Part shown: piece after piece, positions 54,480 through 64,000 of the stretch
Layout: each line of letters begins with the position of its first letter
Numbering within the stretch: the stretch's first letter is position 1
Source: Felis catus
Taxonomy: Eukaryota
Assembly: GCF_018350175.1 (NCBI RefSeq)
Contig: NC_058368.1
Location: 139,440,001 to 139,504,000 of the forward strand
Reading direction: 5' to 3'
Length of the DNA: 64,000 nucleotides
Notes under the pieces: generated by a model
What the model was told of the DNA's origin: nothing
Seen by the model: the letters and a program-made list of their open reading frames with translations, nothing else
The model's database searches: none
Program-made: the position numbers and the translations under genes

Positions 54480-54523
54480 CTTTTCTGGGTGTGGTAAAAT
54501 TTCAGCATTTTCAGCCTCAGGCC
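54480..54523 (-). CDS. ANKRD31: ANKRD31 internal exon (~exon 6), 44 nt, phase 1->0
   Basis: cttctAG|ggcct...gaaaag|GTtggt; (G)PEAENAEILPHPEK, similar to human PEAESPEVLPHIEK. Confidence 0.88.
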
Positions 54524-56666
54524 CTAGAAGATAACCATACATTTTACTCCAGTTTTATTAAAGCACTAAAAACATACCCTCTCACTTAGCATTTCTTAAT
54601 CATGTAACTTGAAATGACTCCCTCAGACATTCATGTGATTTATAAAATATTTTATAAATATTATACCTATTTATTGATGTAAAAGTATCATTACACTGGC
54701 AATAAACTAACAAAAGAAAATTTTTTCCATTTCTTTAAAATATACTACTTTACATGAAGATAGGTAAAATTATAATTATTTAGAATTGGTTCAGCTAAAA
54801 CCTAGCTTCTCTATTTCGGCTGAGTGATTCTAAGAATAGGTAAGTACAAAGAGCACAAAATCTTATCTCCTTTCTCAGGGTCATGATCTTCTCCATTATG
54901 GGTAATAGAATATAAATTAATTTATGCTGTCAAGTTAGGCATGTAAAGGAACACCCCATGTAGGGGCCAAAAGGAATCAGGAGGTTGTCCTAAATATGAC
55001 TTCCCCTTTACCTCCTCACTCTGCTCCCTCAGCAATTCATACCAAGTGAAGTTGAAGGAGGATCAGGAAAAAAGGTATTTCTCAAATTCCATTCCTCTTG
55101 CTTCATACCTTCACCATCAAGGACCAAGTACTCTGACATACTTAGGTAGGAATTTAGGGCTCTTTGGAATTTCAGGCATATGCTTGAGTCATTCACTGGT
55201 TTCTTTTGATTAGGCAGTATCTAGAGCTACAGCGTAATCCAAGTAATTGTCTGGTAACCTTACCATGCATCCTCACAAGCAACACAGGTTTTTCAGGAAA
55301 AAATAAGCATAAATACGCTTATCACATGGTGCAAAAATCTGCATCTTACTGTTTTTTTGTTTTGTTTGTTTTACCTTTGCCATTTGATGATGACAAAGCT
55401 ATGAAAATCAACTAGGAAGGCTAACATCATGGCATTGCACACCCTCACAGGATGAAGAGCAAAAAGTTATTATGAATAAATAACTTCTTATCCTTGCATT
55501 AGAATTCTTTGTGCCAAGCAATGATGATAATACATGATACTGTGTATATCTTATCATTTAAAATCTTATCTCTAGTTGTTTAAAATTTTAGCACAAATGA
55601 AAGAAACACTGTAATACAATAGATACATTTTCAATTATCTCTTTTTTTTTTTTAACTGTCTGATCCTTGGGGAGTTAGTTTAAAAACACAGAAAAAGACT
55701 TCATCCACTTTTGCCTTCTCTAAATTGTAAAGCAAATCCTCAAAACCACCTCCTTCTACATTGTTTTTAATCACCTCATCACCAAAAATGATCATTCTTC
55801 TATGCTAATACTTACTATTTTTAAAATTTGACAAGCTGGTATAATAAAATATAGTATACTAGTTTGACTACTATATTAAAAATAAATGTTATTTAGAGAA
55901 AATTCTCATTTTCTAGCTACAAAATTTACTTAAAACATTTTTTACAAATTAAAAAAATTTTGTGGAGTTTTGGTCTTTTAATAAATTATTAAAAGATTTT
56001 GTACATTTCCTACTAACACTTGAGACAAAATGTAGTAGTAACATGAATGTAGAAAAAAAGAATTCTAAAGTGCCAAATGAGAAGAAAATGCTCAGAGGAG
56101 CTAAATTTTAACTCATAAACAATTACAACAATTACTAATTTGTTTATTTTGATCATTCTACAATTTGGTTAGTATTACTTTTGAACGATTGTATTAGAAC
56201 AGAGCTAGCAATACTAGCTAACAATTTAATAGTTTCCTTACATGTAATTTAACCTAAAGTCTAGAATGATAATAAAATGAGCTTCCTGTTCTGAACACTC
56301 TGAAAGGAATAAAAGGATGAGGGAGTTGCAGTGAAGTGCCAGAAGGGAAAAGGAGCATCTAGTCACAGCAGCTTCATGGCAGCAAGAAAAACCACGAAGT
56401 CAAAATCCTGGTGCCCATGGCACTTTTAAAGGCTTGCAACTCAGAAGTTCAGTGAGGGTGGTGGTAAGAATGCACAGATAGCAACAGCATCATATGGCAT
56501 GCGTGGCTTTCAGAAGGCCAAATGTCTTGCATTTCCCACACTTTTAACTTCCTACTCATTTGGCCTTCTGAGAGCCATTAACGCAAATAAATCCATATCT
56601 AACTAAGCCTTCTATTTTTAGGCAAAGAAAAATTTACTTTGTATGACTCTACCCATAAAAACATAC

Positions 56667-56743
56667 CTTGAATGCTTCGGTGGTTCAGTGAAAGTTCAGC
56701 CTGGGGAAATGATTCAGTGACCACTGGAAAACTTTTTCTATGC
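56667..56743 (-). CDS. ANKRD31: ANKRD31 internal exon (~exon 5), 77 nt, phase 2->1
   Basis: tttttAG|gcat...ttcaag|GTatgt; HRKSFPVVTESFPQAELSLNHRSIQ(G); phases fit both neighbours. Confidence 0.88.
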
Positions 56744-57390
56744 CTAAAAAATCAATCAATTAATAAATAGATACAAATTTTGAAACGTTAAGAAAAGAAC
56801 ACTTTCTCATTCAAATACAATTTAAACTTTTTTTTTTCATTTAAAGGAATTTCAAAATTGCATGATTTTTTTTGCTCCATCATTTTAATTACTTTTACAA
56901 TTACTACCAATTTGCTAACATTTACACTTCAAGTATTTACAAAAATGAACAAGCTGAAAACTTAATGGTGAAGTTCAGGAGTGTAAACATGATAACCTTA
57001 CATTTAGATGTAGAAGTCACTTTGGGATGACAGTACCAAATAGGGATAGTGGGGGAGAAAAATTGGTCCTGGTTTATGTATCTCGGTTATCGAAATCCTA
57101 CAATACACTGAAAGCTTGTCATTATAGTTTTAAATGTAAGTGAAAGTCACTAATGAGAAAATTCTCAGATATTTATAATATCTTGTATTTCACAGTAGGC
57201 AAAGAACACATATAAAATATTGATGGAAAGAGATTGAAAGCAAAATAGGAGTCATGCTACCCTGCAATTTTATCATCTGCCCTGGGATAATTAAAAGTTG
57301 ACTGAAGAAAAGCAGTCAATTATTTTTTCCTTAATCTAATTTACTACACAAAGGCAATCAAGATACCTCTCTTAAAAAAAGAACAAAACC

Positions 57391-57622
57391 GGGGCGCCTG
57401 GGTGGCGCAGTCGGTTAAGCGTCCGACTTCAGCCAGGTCACGATCTCACGGTCCGTGAGTTCGAGCCCCACGTCAGGCTCTGGGCTGATGTTTCAGAGCC
57501 TGGAGCCTGTTTCCGATTCTGTGTCTCCCTCTCTCTCTGCCCCTCCCCCGTTCATGCTCTGTCTCTCTCTGTCCCAAAAATAAATAAACGTTGAAAAAAA
57601 AAAATTAAAAAAAAAAAAAAAA
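57391..57622 (+). mobile_element. Very young Can-SINE with a long A-tail
   Basis: CpG-rich, near-identical to the copy at 41422; TSD aaaaaaagaacaaaacc. Confidence 0.95.
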
Positions 57623-58387
57623 AAAAAAAGAACAAAACCCTCTTGTTCCAGCTGTTTTGAGAGAAGTTTTACACATCAGGCATGGTTACTTGAAGCCTAA
57701 GCAAGAATAATTAATTGAACACTCTCTCCTGTCTAAAAACAGAAGTGATCAATATACGCTACCTTGAAAATGGAACTGAAGCTGCTCATACAGAATAATT
57801 TCTATGAGGCAAATAGGAATGAATGTTGATTTTTTTCCCCTAAAATGTGATTCTTTGAGAAGAACAAGCTGACTTAAAACAAAATAAAATCATAGTCTGA
57901 GTCAACGAGCGAATGTTTTTCCTTAATTACAAAGGAGAATTTAAGACATAAGTCTGAAAATAGAGCAAACTTTCAACTAAATTATTAAAAAATAGTTATT
58001 TATATTAAGTAACAGAGCAAATAATGTACATGTCTAACAGAGGAATAATTAAACGCATTATTAGTATACAGTCAAGTTATACAGTGAAATATTGTGAGGT
58101 CACCAAAATTCATGTTTTTAAATAATATTAATCACATAAGAAAATAATTTGATAATTACTAAAAATTTTTAAAAAGGAAACAAAAAATTATAGAATGACT
58201 CTAATTTTGCAAAAATATATAAACAGAAGTAAAACTATAAAAAAGCCTAAAATAAAATGTACCAAAATGTTAACAATGGGTCTCTAGGGCATGGATGCTG
58301 TGTTAGCCTTACCTAGTCTTCTTTCTTCCTCCATTTCTGTAGATGAACTTACAGTGCTAATATATTCAATAATAGAGTTATTTTAAT

Positions 58388-59121
58388 AGGGTGGTTCTCA
58401 AACTTTTTGTTCTTTGGTCTCCTTTACACTCTTAAAAATTACTGTGAAACTCAAATGGCTTTTATTTATGTGCAATGTATTATATTTACTTAATACAATT
58501 TTTATAATTTTATATTTATTTGTAAATATATTTATATAATTATTTTATATATAATATATATATTTAAAATATATACTTATATTTATGTATAATTTAAAAT
58601 AGAGAAATTTTAAAAAATAATCATTAACTTAAAAATAACAGTGAAAGCACATTTATCACGATGAGCACTGAGTAAGATACAGAATTGCTGAATCACTACA
58701 TCATATACCTGAAACTAATATAACACCGTATGTTAACTATACTGGAATTAACATAAAAAAAATAAAATTAAAAATAAATAAAAATAAAAATAACAATAAT
58801 CCAGTAACGTTAATATAATTTTATGAAAATTTATTATATTTTTCAAAATGAAAATGTGGCATTATTTAACATTTTGAAAAAATTATGGCTTCATATAAGC
58901 CAGTTGTCATCTCATTATCTGCTACTGCATTCAATTTTTTGCCAAGCGTTGTTTTTTTAGTTCTTTGTTTTGAGAGAGAGAGAGAGATCTGGGGGTGGGG
59001 AGGAAAGGGGCAAGGGGGAGAGAGAGCGAGAGCGAGAGCGAGAGCGAGAGCGAGAGCGAGAGAGAGAAAGAGAGGGAGGGAGGGAGGGAGGGAGGGAGAG
59101 GGAGAGGGAGAGGGAGAGGGA

Positions 59122-59170
<49 letters not shown>

Positions 59171-60608
59171 TCTCAAATAGGCTCCATGCTCAGCACAGAG
59201 CCTGACCTGGGGCTTGCCATGACCCTGGAATTATGATCTGAGCCGAAATCAAGCGTCAAACACTCAACCAACTGAGACACCCAGGCGCCCCACCATACAA
59301 ATACTGTTTTATTTGAAGTATATAACAAAAATCTGGCCTCATACAGGTATGCACTTGGAAAAGGAAGGAGTATTTTAGTAGTCTTTTTGGATAACTCTAG
59401 TATCACACCAAAACTCTAAAAGGAATAACTTTACAGGTGAACTGGAAATGTAGAAATTGAAACACCAATGAACTTTTTGTATTCTGTCACATTATAACCC
59501 ATTGGTCTATTTGCACTTTGAATGGATCTTTCACCTGCATGTGATTTTGTGACATTATGCATTTGTCTTTTAGAAAATACTAATTCACTGAGTTATGCAG
59601 ATCTTCCTTATACTGACAGATTATTAAAAATCAGAAAGATCACTTTTATAAATATTACCACTGATCTCACTGGAAAATTTTAAGTACTGGGAAGCCATCA
59701 AGGTTGAGGTGGTAAAAACAAGTTTTCCTAACCTCTAATTTTCACTTGAAAGCTAGAACTTTTTCATTGGCAACAAATATCATAAGCTTTTCCTTGAAGT
59801 GACTGGCTTACTTCATTCATTTTCAAGACGATGTCTGCCATATACCCAAGTATGAATGTTATTTTGTCTGTCAATTATTCTTCCAAGTTCAAAGAAAAAG
59901 TGAGCTAATTTTCTTACAATGTTTATAACTCGAACAAATGCACAAGTGTTCTTAAGACAACTATCATGCTTCAGTATGCACAGAAGTACTTAAGCATACT
60001 TTCCCATCATTGCACAACACATCAAGAAGATATATATTCAAGGGTAGGAATTCAATAAAACAATAACCTTTCTGCTTCATCAAATGCATTAAGTGAAGCT
60101 GGGTGTTTTCTTCCTTTTCTTTTTTAAATGCTAGTTCATGGGAGTGAAAATTACAGTGACTACTAATACTAATGGGTGCCACTGCCCTGATTCTTACTAA
60201 GGCTCCAGCATTTTACCCACCACTTACTTTAGCACTGTATGTGCAAATGGCAATACTATGAAAGAGGCAAATAATGTGTTAGTATTATTATGAAAATGCC
60301 TTTTTAAAAATTTTTTTAAGTTTATTTCTTTTGAGAGAGAGAGAGAGAGAGAGAGCACAATCAGGGGAAGAGATAAGAGAAGTGAAGAAAAAGAGAATCC
60401 CAAGCAGGCTCGGAGCTTCAGTGCGGAGCCTGATGCAGGACTCAATCTCAGGAACCATGAGATCATGACCTCAGCTGAAATCAAGAGTCAGATGTTCAAC
60501 CAACTGAGCCACCCAGGTTCCCATGAAAATAGTTTTGATCTCACAGACCCTCTAGAAAAAGTCTCAAGGACTCTGAAGGGGTCTGCAGACCATACTTTGA
60601 GAACCGTT
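58388..60608 (-). mobile_element. hAT Charlie1-type DNA transposon fossil interrupted by SINEs and an L1 tail
   Basis: Terminal inverted repeats ggttctcaaa / tttgagaacc; minus-strand remnant KILLPFPSAYLYEARF resembles the hAT C-terminal dimerisation motif. Confidence 0.78.
59010..59168. repeat. Expanded purine-rich tract (GAGAGC)n(GGGA)n(GAGAGG)n(GA)n in a SINE linker
   Basis: Direct reading. Confidence 0.95.
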
Positions 60609-61069
60609 TTTTGTTGTTTTTTTTTTTTATATGTTTATTTAGTTTTGAGGGAGAGAGACAACAAATGGAGGAGGGGCAGAGACAGGGAGACAGAGTGGAC
60701 TCCGAGCTGACAGCAGAGAGCCTGATGCAGGGCTCGAACTCACCAACTGTGAGATCATAACCTGAGCCACAGTCTGATGCTTAACTGACTGAGCCACCCA
60801 GGTGCCATGCGAACCATTGTTCAAAAAAAAAAAAAACTGAAAGGATAAAGCCTTTTAAAATACAATAATTCTACAAAGTCTAATTTCAATAAGGTCTACA
60901 AATTCTTCCTTCATGTCTTGTTATAAATTTACTTTTTAAATAACATTAATAGAGAATCAACTTAATATGAACCAATCCTCATGAAATGAAACTTATCTAT
61001 AATATTTGTAAATAACACTTATGCTGCTAAAGGGGCATTTGTTTTTCTTCCAAGATTTTATTTATTTTA

Positions 61070-61289
61070 CATGTTTTTTTTTTTTAACGTTTATTTATTT
61101 TCGAGACAGAGAGAGACAGAGCATGAACGGGGGAGGGGCAGAGAGAGAGGGAGACACAGAATCTAAAACAGGCTCCAGGCTCTGAGCTATCGGCACAGAG
61201 CCTGACGCGGGGCTCGAACTCACGGACCGCGAGATCATGACCTGAGCTGAGGTCGGCTGCTTAACCGACTGAGCCACCCAGGCGCCCCT
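61070..61289 (-). mobile_element. Can-SINE; representative of many further copies (e.g. ~1585, 3472, 4190, 7975, 11097, 18240, 19690, 21786, 21999, 27028, 27375, 28614, 37705, 42503, 42997, 44302, 49272, 58950, 60300, 60610, 62425, 63530)
   Basis: Recurrent gggtggctcagtc / ctcaggtcatgatct / gagcctggagcctgcttc / (CT)n / aaaataaataaac architecture; TSD cttccaagatttt. Confidence 0.9.
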
Positions 61290-61677
61290 TCCAAGATTTT
61301 ATTTAAATTCAAGTTAGTTAATGTACAGTGTAGTACACTTTCAGGAGTACACTTTCAGGAGTAGATCTAAGTGATTCACCACTTACGTATAACACCCAGT
61401 GCTCATCCCAACAAGTGCCCTCCTTAATGCCCATCACCCATTTAGGCCATCTCCCCACTCACCTCCCTCCATCAAGCCTCAGTTTGTTCTCTATAATTAA
61501 GAGTCTCTTATGGTTAGCCTCCCTCTCTGTTTTTATTTTATTTTGTTTTTTAAAGGGACAACCATTAAAAAAAAATACAATAATTCTAAAACTCCTGAGA
61601 AAATGAAGACTTGTTTTAGTGTGTAAAATTACAAAAAAAATCTACAATATAACAAAGCCAGAAATTAATATACTTAC

Positions 61678-61718
61678 TGGAATAGAGCTTGACTTTGTTC
61701 CATTTCATCTTGAGGTTG
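61678..61718 (-). CDS. ANKRD31: ANKRD31 internal exon (~exon 4), 41 nt, phase 0->2
   Basis: cccgcccccAG|caacct...ttcca|GTaagt; QPQDEMEQSQALF(Q), similar to human QSQDETERNQALLQ. Confidence 0.88.
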
Positions 61719-62657
61719 CTGGGGGCGGGGGGGAAGATTTTGTTTCTAAATGATAAATGCTAATACAAGAACTAAAAATTTAACATTTAAAATAATCTTA
61801 TGTTATTGTTTCTTAGCATTTTTTGTTGTGGTAAAATATATATGTAAACACAAAATTCACCATCATAACCATTTTATACATACAGTTCTGTGGCATTTTG
61901 TGCACACTGTTGTACAACCATCATCGACATCCAGCTAGAGTACTTTTTCATCTTTTTCAACTGAAACTCGATACCTATGAAGTACTAACTCTCCATTCAC
62001 CCCTCTCCCAACCCCTGGTACCTACCCTTCTACTTTCTGTCGCTCTGAAACTAAGTACCTAATATAAAACGAACCATATAATATTTGTTCTTTTGTGTCT
62101 GAACTTATTTCACTTATCATGTCTTCAAGGTTAACCCATGCTGTACCATGAATCACTATCTCCTTCTTTTTTAATTCCACTTTATGTATGTACCACATTT
62201 TGTTTATCCACTCAACTGTTGACAGATGCTTGTGCTACTATCACCTTTTGGCTACTTGAATAATGTTTCAGTGAACATGGATGTACAAATATATTTTGGA
62301 GTCACTGCTTTCACTTATTCTGGGTATATACCCAGAAGTTCCACATGAAAGAGAGATAGATAAGGAAAGTAAAGAGAGGAAGAAATGAGACATTTTCAAC
62401 ATCCCCCTTTAAAAAAAAAAGGCTTGCGGCGCCTGGGTGGCTCTGTCGGTTGAGCGTCCGCGTCAGTTGAGCGTCTGACTTTGGCTCAGGTTATAATCTC
62501 GTGGTTTGTGAGTTTGAGCCCTGTGTCGGGCTCTGTGCTGACAGCTCAGAACCTGGAGCCTGCTTCAGATTCTGTGTCTCCCCATCTCTCGGCCCCTCCC
62601 CTGCTCATGCTCTCTCTCTCTCATTAATAAATAAATGTTAACAAAAAATTTTTTTAA

Positions 62658-62702
<45 letters not shown>

Positions 62703-62883
62703 GGCTTTCACCAAAGTTACAACAAAGAAACAGAATGACTGGCTAAGAAATGGTAAAAAACTGAGCAAGGGAAGAAAGAAAGAAAATAACAGACAAAAGG
62801 AATTAATCATTAGTAATTTGTCACTCTTTGAGATAGCATTTCCAATTTGTAATAAGTATGTATTTAATCAACATGCTACCTAC

Positions 62884-62990
62884 CTGTAAGACTGCCTTGT
62901 CATTAAGAGGCATTATCTTACTTTTACTCATTTGCTCTTGGGGATTATCTCTCAGTTTAAACCCAAGTTGAATCTCAGGAGAAAGTTTGC
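62884..62990 (-). CDS. ANKRD31: ANKRD31 internal exon (~exon 3), 107 nt, phase 1->0
   Basis: ttcattctAG|gc...ttacag|GTaggt; translates (G)KLSPEIQLGFKLRDNPQEQMSKSKIMPLNDKAVLQ, matching the recalled human SPEIQLGFKLRE segment. Confidence 0.92.
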
Positions 62991-64000
62991 CTAGAATGAA
63001 ACAATCATAAATCCTTTGAAAATAGTCTCATTGCTCTGCTTTGGCAACAGCTCTATGATTTTATAGAAACTACAAAATGTCATTTAAATTTATTTTGTGG
63101 ATTGTAATTTCCTAACTGCCACTTCTGTATATCAAAGTTTTTAAGTTATTAATTTCAAAGAAACATATATACTACACTGGAATAAAACAACACTTGATAT
63201 TTATTGTTTCAGGATGAATGAATGCAAAGGATAAGTAAGGACAATATACAGACTTAAGCCCCACTAGAAGGAGTATTTTCTTTTTTTAAAATTTCATTTT
63301 AGGTCATTTTTAAAAACTTGTAATGCTAGTATAAAATACAAAAACAGAGTTTTGTGTTTTTAAGATGGGAAATTGAGCTCCTATTTTAACTTTTCATCTC
63401 TTCTTAGTTCCTGAAAAGAATCCAAACAAAGGAGTTTTTTTTTTTTTAAATAAAATCTGAAGCAGCAATGAGAAAAAATGAAATATACCCACCAAGGATC
63501 AAAATGAGAATGTGTTAAAGGGAAACCAGAGGTGCCTGAATGATCAGTTGGTTGAGCATCTGACTCTTGAGCCAGAGTTCAGGTCATGATCTCGTGGTTT
63601 GTGGGATCAAGCCCCACGTTGGGCTCTGTGCTGACAACGCAGAGCCTGATTGGGATTCTCTCTCTCTCTCTGCCCCTTTCCCACTTCTGTACTCACATGC
63701 ACGTGCATGGATCCCATCTCTTTCTTAAAATAAACATTTTTTTAAAAAAGGGAAACCAAACATTGGTAAACAGTATGTCACTCAACAAAGGAAAAGGAGG
63801 GGCTCCTTCAGAAGTAACTATTTGGATTTCTTCCATCAGAATCTCAGAAAACCACCCAGCTCAGAGCAAATCCAACAAAAAGATTGAAGAGGGTACACTG
63901 GAAGCTCTCAGTGGGTCTCACACTTCACTGAGCTTGCTGTTTGTACCAAGGAGCTCAGGATGAACGCTATGGCCAGCTACTCTCTGTGGGAAGGTATCTT

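Noticed and set aside
58885..59236. RE/RA/GE-repeat ORFs
   Set aside because: Artefacts of the purine microsatellite in a SINE linker.
63750..64000. Unique, moderately GC-rich stretch at the window end with an open plus-strand frame
   Set aside because: No recognisable protein, no ANKRD31 homology or splice pattern, and truncated by the window edge; needs BLAST.

Overview
Mammalian genomic DNA, almost certainly a felid (dense tRNA-derived Can-SINEs of the SINEC_Fc type and carnivore L1). The whole window is the interior of ANKRD31, the meiotic double-strand-break scaffold and REC114 partner, on the minus strand. I traced 14 consecutive internal exons (about exons 3-16 by recalled human numbering), all with canonical GT-AG sites. 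Thirteen of them (2934 nt) are open and join in frame. One large phase-0/phase-0 exon (46811-47450) has two independent inactivating lesions, a frameshift and an in-frame TAG. Skipping it restores the frame exactly, and it is bracketed by inverted SINEs. This looks like a dead exon inside a live meiotic gene and is the main finding. The introns hold a PDZD11 processed pseudogene, a metallothionein processed pseudogene, a 35-nt U2 snRNA retrofragment, an unidentified polyadenylated retro-insert inside an internally deleted L1, and many SINE, L1, LTR, hAT and CR1 fossils and microsatellites. Human ANKRD31, PDZD11, MT and U2 comparisons and repeat family names are from memory, not database searches.
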